From the NCBI GenBank assembly GCA_934660865.1, contig CAKUIA010000021.1:1-32000 (forward strand): a stretch of 32,000 bases of DNA. Reading direction: 5' to 3'. The first letter of the stretch is position 1, and each line of letters starts with the position of its first letter. Shown one piece after another: positions 1-8,275 of this stretch. The DNA is from an uncultured Opitutales bacterium (GTDB taxonomy: Bacteria; Verrucomicrobiota; Verrucomicrobiia; Opitutales; Intestinicryptomonadaceae). The notes beneath the pieces were generated by a model. That model was not told the DNA's origin. It was given only the letters and a program-made list of their open reading frames with translations, and made no database searches. Made by a program: the position numbers and the translations under genes.

Positions 1-426
1 TGCACAAACGTAGGTTTTTATACGCAAAAGGTATTCGATTTTTACGAAAACTTTACCTGGCCGCAAGACACGGGCAACAGGGAGCAGGTGCGCTTTTTTG
101 CCGTAAAAGACCAAAACAAAGATTCGGGCTTGGTGTTTAGTATGCCCAATAAGCCGTTGCCTGTGGCGTATTTGCCCTACACGCAAAGCGAGATAAAGAA
201 CGCAAAGCACACCTATTTGCTGCCCGCCGCACCCGAAAACTACGAGCTTAGAATTGCGGCCCAAGTTTGCGGTTTGGGCAACAATTCCTGCGGCGATTTG
301 CCCGAGCACAAATACAGGCTAAACCTGCAAAATCAGTTTAAATTTGAATTTGCAATAAAGCCGTTTTTTGGTTGTCCGATAAAGGAGGGTATGACGCCGC
401 TATGCCCCGAATATTTTAAAAAATAA
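1..426 (+). CDS. C-terminal fragment of a GH2 beta-galactosidase (domain 5 / small-chain domain); the 5' end lies outside the window
   Basis: Frame 1 is open from nt 1, with no stop before the ORF-track M at 88. The translation ...WPQDTGNREQVRFF...HTYLLPAAPENYELRIAAQVCGLGNNSCGD... parallels the LacZ C-terminus (PSENGLRCGTR...HRHLL...IDGFHMGIGGDDSWSP). A hairpin terminator follows. Confidence 0.7.
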   Translation, partial: CTNVGFYTQKVFDFYENFTWPQDTGNREQVRFFAVKDQNKDSGLVFSMPNKPLPVAYLPYTQSEIKNAKHTYLLPAAPENYELRIAAQVCGLGNNSCGDLPEHKYRLNLQNQFKFEFAIKPFFGCPIKEGMTPLCPEYFKK

Positions 427-456
427 AGGGCGGTAATTTTCCCCAAAATAAAGACG

Positions 457-491
457 CAAAAACCGAAGCCAAAACAGGCTTCGGTTTTTTT
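457..491. terminator. Bidirectional rho-independent terminator between convergent genes
   Basis: Stem ccgaagcc (463-470), loop aaaaca, stem ggcttcgg (477-484). An A-run lies upstream and ttttttt (485-491) downstream. Confidence 0.7.
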
Positions 492-511
492 GCGGCAAAG
501 TTTTTTAATTT

Positions 512-1162
512 TTATTTGGCAACTACGCAGGAAAATAGTACGGCAAAAAAGTGCATAATTGTGCCCAGCAATACAAACAAGTGCCAAATTGCGTGCATAT
601 ATTTTTTGTTCTTTTTTACGTAAAAAATTACGCCGAAAGTGTAGAAGGCGCCGCCCAAACAAAGAAAGGTTATGGCCGTTGCCGACAAGATTTTAAAAAG
701 CGTGCCCGACGCAAAAATTATAAGCCAGCCCATTGCCAAATACAGCAAAATGCTCCACAGTTTTGAGCCGTTTGCGCCTATAAAAATCTTCAAAAAAGTT
801 CCCAAAATGGCCAGCCCCCATATTACGCCGAACATTGTCCAACCCGTTGCATTGCGCATATTTGCAAGCAAAAACGGCGTGTAGCTGCCCGCAATTAAAT
901 AGTATATGGCAATGTGGTCTATCTTTTCCAAAACGCGCTTGGCCTTTTCGAACGGAATGCCGTGGTATAGGCTGGAGGCCGTATACAGCAAAATTATCGA
1001 AGCCCCGAATATTGCGGTAGAAACAATATTCCACGCATTGCCGTATATCGACGAAAGCGTAACTAAAACGGCAAGTTCTATGCCGCCCAAAAACGCCCCA
1101 AAACCGTGTATCGAAGAGCTTAAAACCTCTTCAAGTGCGCTGTATCTTTTTGCAATTTCCAT
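512..1162 (-). CDS. Hemolysin III / PAQR family (YqfA-like) 7-TM membrane protein
   Basis: Contains SSSIHGFGAFLG, EKIDHIAIYYLIAGSYTPF and HAIWHLFVLLGTIMHFFAV, which are typical HlyIII/PAQR His-containing TM motifs. The ATG at 1162 (MEIAKRYSALEE...) is preferred; the ORF-track start at 1210 is a TTG alternative. Confidence 0.8.
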   Translation of the reverse strand: MEIAKRYSALEEVLSSSIHGFGAFLGGIELAVLVTLSSIYGNAWNIVSTAIFGASIILLYTASSLYHGIPFEKAKRVLEKIDHIAIYYLIAGSYTPFLLANMRNATGWTMFGVIWGLAILGTFLKIFIGANGSKLWSILLYLAMGWLIIFASGTLFKILSATAITFLCLGGAFYTFGVIFYVKKNKKYMHAIWHLFVLLGTIMHFFAVLFSCVVAK

Positions 1163-1216
1163 ATAAAAATCTCCGAGACGGATTATTGCGCCCGGTTTTT
1201 GTTCTTTCAAGATTTT

Positions 1217-1966
1217 TTAGGCGAAAAACACCAATTTTTTGCCGTTTAAGTCGGCAATTTCGCATTGGCTTTCGTACAGGCTTTGCAGCAGGTTTTTGTC
1301 GACAACATCGCAGGCGGCCTTGTCGAAAAATAAAGATTTGTTTTTCAGCGCCAAAACCCTGTCGGAATATTGGCACGCCAAATTTATGTCGTGCATGACG
1401 GCGAAAATTATTGCGCCGTTATCGGCAAGCGATTTGGCGGCTTTCATTATTAACACCGAGTAAAATGGGTCTAAATTTGCGGCGGGTTCGTCTAAAATAA
1501 GCAGCCTGCCCGACATATTTTCGGAATATATCTGGGCTATGCAGCGAGCTATGTCTACACGCTTTTTTTCGCCGCCCGAAAGCGTTGTGTAGCGGCGCCG
1601 CAAAAAGCTTTCTATTTGCATAAGCTCTACGGCGGCCTTTACGGCATTCGGGTTTTTGTTTGCAAATTGCGAAAGCTCTACAACCTCTTTTACCGTGTAG
1701 TCGAAGGCCAAGTGCTGCTCTTGCTCGGCGTAGGCGCGCAGCTTTGCAAGTTCTAGCGCAGAATATTGGCAGATATTTTTGCTGTTAAAAACAATGTTGC
1801 CGCTTTTGGGGGGCATAATGTTTGCAAGCAGTTTTGCCAATGTGGTTTTGCCCGAGCCGTTTTTGCCTATAACCGAATAAAAGCGGCCGTCTTGCATATT
1901 AAACGATACCTTGCTTAAGATTTCGGAATTTTTATACGAAAACGATATGTTGTTTACCTCGAGCAT
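1217..1966 (-). CDS. ABC transporter ATP-binding protein, iron-chelate/heme/B12 (FecE/HmuV/BtuD) type
   Basis: Walker A GKNGSGKTT, signature LSGGEKKR and Walker B LLILDEP, with a HmuV-like insertion before Walker B. Start taken at MLEVNNISFSY (1966). The longer ORF to 2074 would overlap the permease gene. Confidence 0.85.
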   Translation of the reverse strand: MLEVNNISFSYKNSEILSKVSFNMQDGRFYSVIGKNGSGKTTLAKLLANIMPPKSGNIVFNSKNICQYSALELAKLRAYAEQEQHLAFDYTVKEVVELSQFANKNPNAVKAAVELMQIESFLRRRYTTLSGGEKKRVDIARCIAQIYSENMSGRLLILDEPAANLDPFYSVLIMKAAKSLADNGAIIFAVMHDINLACQYSDRVLALKNKSLFFDKAACDVVDKNLLQSLYESQCEIADLNGKKLVFFA

Positions 1967-2949
1967 TTTCTTAAAATATATGCAAAAAACGGCGCGCCTA
2001 TAAAGGCGGTTATAACGCCTATGGGCATTGGGTCGTTTGCGTTTAGCAGACGCGAAAAAATGTCGGCGTAGCATATTAAAACGGCGCCCGCCATTGCCGA
2101 AAGCATTATAAGCGGCTTGTTGTTCGGGCCTATTAGCTGCCTAATTATATGGGGAACAACAAGCCCTACAAAGCCTATTGTTCCGCAAAGCGAAACGCAA
2201 ACCGAGGTTGCCAACGCGGCGGCCGAAGCCGCAAAAAACTGCAAACGCCCTACGTCTATGCCCGCACAATACGCCTGGTTTACCCCCAAAAGCAAAATAT
2301 CAAGCGCGTCGGATTTTTTAAGCGCGTATGCAAAAACGGCAATGCACAAAAGGCAGGCGGGCAAAATTTCGTTTAAAGACGCAAAGTTTAGGCTGCCCAG
2401 CGACCAAAAAACAATTCCCCTAACGCCCATATCGCGCGCCGAATACATAAAAAACGCAACCAAAGCCGAGCAAAACGCGTTTATTGCAATGCCCGCCAGC
2501 AAAAGCGAGTAGGGCGAAACATTGCCGTTTATTTTGCCCAGCTTGTATACGGCGCCGAAGGCCGCAATGCCGAATACGAATGCAAAAATTTGCAGCCCCA
2601 TAAAAAATTGAGGAACAACGCAAATGTATACAACCGCTCCCAGCGCCGCGCCCGCCGAAACGCCCGTAATCGAAGGGTCTGCCAGCGGGTTTCTAAAAAG
2701 AGTTTGCATAATTGCGCCCGCAACCGAAAGCATTGCGCCGCACAAAACGGCAAGCAAAAAGCGGGGAATGCGTATTTGCCACAAAATGGTGTCGGCGCTT
2801 TCGTTGTCGCCCGAAAAAACAAGGGCCTTTAAAATGTCGCAAAAGGGCGCGTTAAAGCTGCCGTAAAATACGAATAGGCAAAATGCCGCCGCCAAAAATA
2901 AAAAAAGCCACGCAAACAAATACATGGCTTTTTTGCTGCAAAAATTCAT
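1954..2949 (-). CDS. FecCD-family ABC permease (BtuC/HmuU-like)
   Basis: 331 aa polytopic protein with WQIRIPRFLLAVLCGAMLSVAGAIMQTLFRNPLADPSITGVS, the canonical FecCD N-terminal region. It overlaps the ATPase start by 13 nt. Confidence 0.85.
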   Translation of the reverse strand: MNFCSKKAMYLFAWLFLFLAAAFCLFVFYGSFNAPFCDILKALVFSGDNESADTILWQIRIPRFLLAVLCGAMLSVAGAIMQTLFRNPLADPSITGVSAGAALGAVVYICVVPQFFMGLQIFAFVFGIAAFGAVYKLGKINGNVSPYSLLLAGIAINAFCSALVAFFMYSARDMGVRGIVFWSLGSLNFASLNEILPACLLCIAVFAYALKKSDALDILLLGVNQAYCAGIDVGRLQFFAASAAALATSVCVSLCGTIGFVGLVVPHIIRQLIGPNNKPLIMLSAMAGAVLICYADIFSRLLNANDPMPIGVITAFIGAPFFAYILRKCSR

Positions 2950-2955
2950 AAAAAA

Positions 2956-3249
2956 CTACCTCGACGCGGGTCTTGAGGGAGCGTGGCGGTGCGGCCCGTA
3001 GCTGCGAATGGGGGCATTGTGCGCAACGTCTTCGTTTTTCATTCTATACACAATGCGGGCTTTTTCGATGTCTTGGGGGGTCATTTCCATCTTAACGCGG
3101 TCTCCCGTGGTAAGTTTAATGAAGTTCTTTCTAAGCTTCCCCGAAATGTGGGCCAAAACTTGGTGTCCATTCGAAAGTTCCACCCTGAACATCGTTCCGG
3201 GAAGAACGGCTATAACTTTGCCTTCTACTTCAACTACGCAGTCTGCCAT
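2956..3249 (-). CDS. infA: Translation initiation factor IF-1 with a ~25 aa basic/Pro-rich C-terminal extension
   Basis: [60 protein letters not shown] matches the IF-1 S1-fold core. The ORF then continues [26 protein letters not shown] before the stop at 2956. Confidence 0.9.
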   Translation of the reverse strand: MADCVVEVEGKVIAVLPGTMFRVELSNGHQVLAHISGKLRKNFIKLTTGDRVKMEMTPQDIEKARIVYRMKNEDVAHNAPIRSYGPHRHAPSRPASR

Positions 3250-3336
3250 GTTTGTTTTTTTGCTTATTTATATGTAAATATATCTCGTAATTTCGGCTTT
3301 TTTCTTCATCATAGTCAAGCTCATAAAGAATAATTA

Positions 3337-3885
3337 ATGAAAAAAGTTTTTCCGGAGTGTCCCTTTAAGCCAATGTTTTTGTCGGAATTGAACCGAAACG
3401 ACGAATACTTTATGGCGCTGGCGTATAACGAGGCCTTAAAGGCCTGGAAAGAGGGCGAAGTTCCCGTCGGCGCGGTTATTGCATGCAACGGCGCGCTTTT
3501 ATCTTCGGCGCACAACATGGTAGAGCAAACCAACGACGCCACGGCCCATGCCGAAATTTTGGCAATAGGCAAAGCCACCGCAAAGTTGGGCGACTGGCGC
3601 TTAAACGACTGCGTTTTGTATGTAACAAAAGAGCCGTGCCCGATGTGCTCGGGCGCCTGCATAATGAGCAGGGTAGGCAAAGTTGTGTTCGCCTTGCCCG
3701 ACGCAAAAATGGGTTTTTTGGGCGGGGCCATAAATATAAACGAAGTAAAAACCTTAAACCACACATTGCAGATACAAAGCGGCGTTTTAATAGACGAGTG
3801 CTCGGCGCTTATAAAAACCTATTTTTCGCTGAAACGCGAAATGGAAAAACAAAACGCAAAAGGGCTTCCCGAATTGCCGCAATAA
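3337..3885 (+). CDS. tadA: tRNA-specific adenosine deaminase
   Basis: CDA-fold zinc motifs HAEILAI and PCPMCSGA with typical TadA spacing. An internal alternative start exists at M13. Confidence 0.85.
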   Translation: MKKVFPECPFKPMFLSELNRNDEYFMALAYNEALKAWKEGEVPVGAVIACNGALLSSAHNMVEQTNDATAHAEILAIGKATAKLGDWRLNDCVLYVTKEPCPMCSGACIMSRVGKVVFALPDAKMGFLGGAININEVKTLNHTLQIQSGVLIDECSALIKTYFSLKREMEKQNAKGLPELPQ

Positions 3886-3944
3886 GCGGGCACTTTTTAT
3901 TTTTTATGCGGCGGTTGCGTTTGCAGCCCCGCAATTTTTGGGCG

Positions 3945-3988
3945 CAAAAAAAACCGATTTCAAAAAATAGAAATCGGCCGACTTTTTT
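3945..3988. terminator. Hairpin terminator between convergent tadA and the small minus-strand ORF
   Basis: Stem ccgatttc (3954-3961), loop aaaaaata, stem gaaatcgg (3970-3977). On the minus strand the hairpin is followed directly by a run of T (complement of the A-run at 3946-3953). Confidence 0.5.
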
Positions 3989-4217
3989 ACTTTTCCTTAT
4001 TCTTTAAGGCCTTTTTGCGGGCGTTGCGCCACTTTTCCCTATGGTTTAGCACCCAGTCAATAAGAGCCGTTTCAAAGCCGATATCGTGCCCGGCTTTTTC
4101 GGATTCGAGCCACTTGTGTTTCAAGATTTCCTGCCTTTCGGCCTCAAATTCTTGAAATAGAGTAGATTTATGCAACTCGAAATTCCTCTTCTTTGCCTTT
4201 GTGTCTACACTTTTCAT
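3987..4217 (-). CDS. Small (76 aa) highly charged hypothetical protein
   Basis: Clean ORF with its own terminator. It has a conserved-looking core, HKWLESEKAGHDIGFETALIDWV. I cannot name the family with certainty. Confidence 0.45.
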   Translation of the reverse strand: MKSVDTKAKKRNFELHKSTLFQEFEAERQEILKHKWLESEKAGHDIGFETALIDWVLNHREKWRNARKKALKNKEK

Positions 4218-4337
4218 AAAATTAGCCTAAAATTATTAACTGCAAAAAAGCTATAAAATATGCAGGGCAAATGCAAGCATTTTTAGCGATTGCGCTTTTA
4301 CTGGACATATAGCGGCGTTTGTGTTTGTGTAGCTTTA

Positions 4338-5429
4338 TTGAATGTAAAAATTACAGCCATTGCGTATTCGCTTGCAAAAAACACCCTCGGCAACAAAGAG
4401 CTTGCCGAACGCTTCGGCGCCGACGTTGTTGCAAAAATAGAGAAGTTTAGCGGAATTTTAGAGCGCAGGGTGGCGGCCCCTTGCGAGTGCGCTTCGGACT
4501 TTGCGTATAACGCCGCAAAGCTTATAATAGACAACACCGCTTTGGATTTAAATTCGATAGACCTGCTTACTTTTGCAACCCAAACGCCCGACTACATTAT
4601 GCCTACTACCGCCTGCATTTTGCAGCAAAGGCTTAATTTGCCCAAAAAGGTTGCCGCCTACGACATAAATTTGGGGTGCTCGCAGTTTGTATATTCTTTG
4701 GCCAACGCCGCAATGTGGGTGGCGTCGCCCTTTGCAGACAAAGCCCTTGTTCTTACGGGCGACACCCCCACAAGGCTTTTGAATAAAAACGACAAAAGCT
4801 CGGTTGCCTTGTTCGGCGACGGCGCATGCGCCTTTTTGCTTGAAAAAAGCGAAAAGGACGAATTGCTTGACTTTAATTTCGGCAGCGACGGCGCGGGCTA
4901 TAACTCGATTATATGCCGCGCCTTTAGCATGCGCAATCCCCCAAAATATCCCGCCGACTATGTGCAGGTATGCGACGAAAATATGAATGTGCGCCGCCCA
5001 GTTGACATGTTTGTAGACGGCTTTAAAATATTTGCGTTTGCATACAAAAATATTGCCGACTCTGTTTCGGCTTTGCTCGAAAAAAATTCGCTTAAAGTTT
5101 CCGACATAGATTTGTTTATATTCCATCAGGCGGGGCAGACAATAGTTTCAAGCGCGGCAAAGCGGCTTGGCATAAGCCCCGACAAGGTTTACTATAAAAT
5201 GCACGACATAGGCAACTGCGGGGGCTCTAGCGTTGGCATTGCATTGTGCGACGCCGTTTTAAACAAAAGGCTAAGGCCGAAAATGAAGGTTGTTTTGTGC
5301 GCTTTCGGCGTGGGGCTTTCGTGGGGCAGCGTTTTGCTGGAGTGGAACGACACAAAAGCGCTTACCGACGCCGACTATTCAAATTCGCCGCAAAAGCCGC
5401 AAAGCCAAACATATGCCGACTTGCTATAA
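4338..5429 (+). CDS. KAS III-type (FabH/DarB-like) 3-oxoacyl-ACP synthase
   Basis: Cys-His-Asn triad contexts: INLGCSQFVYSL, FIFHQAGQTIV and HDIGNCGGSS. TTG at 4338 gives the typical N-terminus (L)NVKITAIAYSLAKNTLGNKELAERFG. The ORF-track start at 4290 is also TTG. Confidence 0.8.
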   Translation: MNVKITAIAYSLAKNTLGNKELAERFGADVVAKIEKFSGILERRVAAPCECASDFAYNAAKLIIDNTALDLNSIDLLTFATQTPDYIMPTTACILQQRLNLPKKVAAYDINLGCSQFVYSLANAAMWVASPFADKALVLTGDTPTRLLNKNDKSSVALFGDGACAFLLEKSEKDELLDFNFGSDGAGYNSIICRAFSMRNPPKYPADYVQVCDENMNVRRPVDMFVDGFKIFAFAYKNIADSVSALLEKNSLKVSDIDLFIFHQAGQTIVSSAAKRLGISPDKVYYKMHDIGNCGGSSVGIALCDAVLNKRLRPKMKVVLCAFGVGLSWGSVLLEWNDTKALTDADYSNSPQKPQSQTYADLL

Positions 5430-7778
5430 AAACGCCCTTAAAACCATCGCGTAGTTGTTGAAAGTTCTTGGCGACGCAAAAACCGCAATGTTTGCAAAAT
5501 CTTTGTTTAACGCGTTTGCGCCGAAAGCCGAACTTTTTGCCTCCAAAGCGCAAAGCAAAAGCGAAAGCGCATTCAGGCCGGAGCCGCTTTGCATATAGCC
5601 CGTTTTAAGCGAAGTGCAGACTTTTGCGGCATGTCCGAAATATTTTTCGCAAATGTCCTTAAGCTTTAAATCGCACGCATTGCCCATGGGGGCAAATACG
5701 GCAAAGTCTATGTCGCAGGCTTTTAAGTTTGCATTTTTAAGGGCTTTTAAAAGGGTGCTTTCCAGGCCTGTGCCATCGGTGTTTTGGGAATCGAAAGCCC
5801 CTATGTTCATCGACGACTCAAACGACAATAATTCCGCGTAGATTTTTGCGTTGCGCCCAAGCGCGCTTTCTTTGCTTTCCAGCACAAAAGCGCAGGAGCC
5901 TTCGCCGTATACGCTCTTAAACAAGTCGTTGCCGCAGAATTTAAAATCGTCTAAACTTTCGTACAGCATATCGGCGTTTTTGTAGGCGTTTAGCTGCCCT
6001 AAAAATACTTCGTCGGTAGCCTGGGCAAGCATTTGTTTTGCCGAATTTTCGCGCAGCATATAGGCGGCGTAGTCCATCGCCAAAATGCCCGAATCGAAAC
6101 CGCTTGTAAGGGTTATGTTAGAGCCTTTTATGCCCAAACCTTTCGTTGCCCAGCCCGCGGTAGAGTTTGCCGTTACGTTCGAAAAACACGAGATGTCGCC
6201 GTGCGGAATTTCGTCTTTAAAAACGCCCGTCATATGCTCGGTGTCGGGCGCGCCCCTGGAGACCGCCTCGGCTATGCCTATGTCGTTTTCGTTTTGCCTG
6301 CCTATTTTGATTTGCGCATTGTCGAACGCCTTTTTTGCCGAGATTGCGGCAAATTCGCTTATCAAATTCATTCCCGAAAAATCTACGCGCCTGTCGAAGT
6401 CGCTTCTGGTTAAAGGCCTTATTTTGCCTGCCAAATTTCCGTTTAAAGAGCCTATGCAGTTTTTTCCGGATATGTAGTTTTCCAGCTGTTCGGCGCAGTT
6501 TAGCCCCAAACACGACATCGAAGAATAGCCGGTTATTACAATGTTTGCGGCTGCGTTATATGCGCTTTCCGATTTCGGGGCAAAGCCTTTTTTCGCCACC
6601 ACAATGGCCGCATTGTTGCCCGCAAACGCATAGTTTGCCGACAAAAAGCAGTCGTAGTTTAGCTCTATGCCTTGGCCTGCCGCCACTTTTATTTTGTCGC
6701 ACTCTCCGCGCAAATTTGTAAAGCGCAAGGTAGGCGGTATAAAGTTGTCGTTCATGCTAAGCAGCTGGCATGTCGCCTCTATTATGCCCGTTGCCCCCAT
6801 GCAGTGCCCCGTATACGATTTTGTAGACGTTATATAAATTTCGTCTTTGCAGAACTTGGCAATGCCTTTCGATTCGGCCTTGTCGTTTGCTGAAGTGCCC
6901 GAAGCGTGCGCGTTTATGCAGCCAATTTGCGAGATTTCTATGTTGGCGTCTTTTACGGCCTTAAGCATTGTTTTGTATGCGCCTTCGCCGCGCGGGTCGG
7001 GCTGGGTGGGGTGGTGGGCGTCGCCCGTAGTGGCATGGCCTATAATTTTTCCGTAAATTTTTGCGTTGCGTTTTTCGGCTTCGCTTAGGTTTTCGACCAG
7101 CCAAAACGCCGCACCTTCGCCTATGTTCATTCCAACAGGCTCCGAAAAGGGCGCAGTTTTCCCTTTGCTCATTACCTTTATTGCCGAAAACCCCGCATAG
7201 TTTGCAAGGGCAAAGGCGTCGGCGCCTCCGGCAAGCACGCGCTTAAATTTGCCGCTTTTTACCAAAAGCTGCGCAAAGGCCAACGCCGCCGTGGCTCCCG
7301 AACAGGCGGTATTTATCATCCACATTGGGCACCTTGTGTTAAGCGATTTCGCCATTGCGCGCGGCAAAGCGCAATATTCGTATTGCTCAAGGTCGTTTTT
7401 TGTAAACGGCTTTTCGCTTTTGCCGAACATATGCAAATACTCGCGCTCGCCCGATGTCATTCCCGCGTTGCACGACGCCATTACCACCGCGCAGTCGTCG
7501 CCCAGGCTGCATATGTTCGCGTCGCTTAGCGCGCTTTTTGCCGCGCATATTGCCAGCCTTATAAACGGGTCGGTAAACTCGGCAAGCTCTTGTTCGTCCA
7601 TAAAAGACGAGGCATTAAAGTCTTTTATTTGGCCGCCTATGTCGCTTTGCATGCCGTTTGTGCAGATTTTCGTTACTTTGCCCAAGCCGTCTTTAAGGCC
7701 GCGCAGCGACTTTAAAACGTCGCTGCAGTTGTTGCCTATGGGCGAAATTATGCCTATTGCCGTTATCGCGCTTTGCAT
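5424..7778 (-). CDS. Fused beta-ketoacyl-ACP synthase (FabF-type KS) plus KS-like domain lacking the catalytic Cys (CLF-like), 784 aa
   Basis: The N-terminal half has INTACSGATAAL (Cys), DAHHPTQPDP, INAHASGTSAND and SYTGHCMGATG. The C-terminal half is KS-like, but the equivalent site reads LTSGFDSGILAM, with no Cys. Confidence 0.85.
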   Translation of the reverse strand: MQSAITAIGIISPIGNNCSDVLKSLRGLKDGLGKVTKICTNGMQSDIGGQIKDFNASSFMDEQELAEFTDPFIRLAICAAKSALSDANICSLGDDCAVVMASCNAGMTSGEREYLHMFGKSEKPFTKNDLEQYEYCALPRAMAKSLNTRCPMWMINTACSGATAALAFAQLLVKSGKFKRVLAGGADAFALANYAGFSAIKVMSKGKTAPFSEPVGMNIGEGAAFWLVENLSEAEKRNAKIYGKIIGHATTGDAHHPTQPDPRGEGAYKTMLKAVKDANIEISQIGCINAHASGTSANDKAESKGIAKFCKDEIYITSTKSYTGHCMGATGIIEATCQLLSMNDNFIPPTLRFTNLRGECDKIKVAAGQGIELNYDCFLSANYAFAGNNAAIVVAKKGFAPKSESAYNAAANIVITGYSSMSCLGLNCAEQLENYISGKNCIGSLNGNLAGKIRPLTRSDFDRRVDFSGMNLISEFAAISAKKAFDNAQIKIGRQNENDIGIAEAVSRGAPDTEHMTGVFKDEIPHGDISCFSNVTANSTAGWATKGLGIKGSNITLTSGFDSGILAMDYAAYMLRENSAKQMLAQATDEVFLGQLNAYKNADMLYESLDDFKFCGNDLFKSVYGEGSCAFVLESKESALGRNAKIYAELLSFESSMNIGAFDSQNTDGTGLESTLLKALKNANLKACDIDFAVFAPMGNACDLKLKDICEKYFGHAAKVCTSLKTGYMQSGSGLNALSLLLCALEAKSSAFGANALNKDFANIAVFASPRTFNNYAMVLRAFL

Positions 7779-7780
7779 GT

Positions 7781-8275
7781 CTAAAATATCCTTACGGTTT
7801 TAAGTGTTATTTTGTAGTTCGGGTTTTCTATATATACGCTTTTTACCCGTCCGTTTTCGCTTTCGAATTCGTATGCGGCGTTGTTTGCGGCAAGCTTTGT
7901 TTTGCCGTCTTTTGCGCTAATTGTGCACCTTTTGGGGAATGCCGCGGCGTATCCCAAACAAACAAGAAAGTCTTTTGCTGCGTATTTTTTTACGAGGTAT
8001 TCGGGCAAAAATTGCGAGCCTTTTGCCTCCAAAATCTCGCCCGAATTTGACACCTTTACAAACGCAAAATTTGCGCCCTCGCATTTTATGGACATTAAAG
8101 CGCCGTCGCTTTGCGCCTTTACAAAAACGTTTAAGACAATTTCCGTTTCGCCGAATTTAAACACGCCCCTTTGAATGTAGCTTTTGCCCGAAAGCCCGAA
8201 ATCGTACACATAAGGCGCCGCCCCAAGCTTTGCAAAGACCGCAAAAAACAAAATAAAAAGCCGCAAAAATTTCAT
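7781..8275 (-). CDS. Small secreted protein, possibly DUF3261 / ApeN-like
   Basis: The ATG at 8275 gives a signal peptide, MKFLRLFILFFAVFAKLGAAP. Size (164 aa) and position next to the LolA-like gene and exporter match APE-type clusters. There is an ATGA overlap with the upstream gene. The family call rests on context only. Confidence 0.45.
   Translation of the reverse strand: MKFLRLFILFFAVFAKLGAAPYVYDFGLSGKSYIQRGVFKFGETEIVLNVFVKAQSDGALMSIKCEGANFAFVKVSNSGEILEAKGSQFLPEYLVKKYAAKDFLVCLGYAAAFPKRCTISAKDGKTKLAANNAAYEFESENGRVKSVYIENPNYKITLKTVRIF

Noticed and set aside
512-1210. Hemolysin III as a virulence or toxin gene
   Set aside because: The family name is historical. PAQR/YqfA-type proteins are widespread housekeeping membrane proteins, and nothing in the context suggests a toxin locus.
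2950-3336. Cobalamin riboswitch or Fur box ahead of the FecCD/FecE transporter
   Set aside because: The permease starts 6 nt after infA, leaving no room for a leader. The infA upstream region (3250-3336) is simply AT-rich, with no B12-box-like (rAGYCMGgAgaCCkGCc) or Fur-box palindrome that I could see.
7249-7803. 184-aa plus-strand ORF, with similar ones at 6033-6477 and 10111-10605
   Set aside because: All are antisense to the KS-CLF genes, whose frames carry unambiguous catalytic motifs. The antisense translations have no motifs and are Ser/Ala/Phe-rich mirror products.
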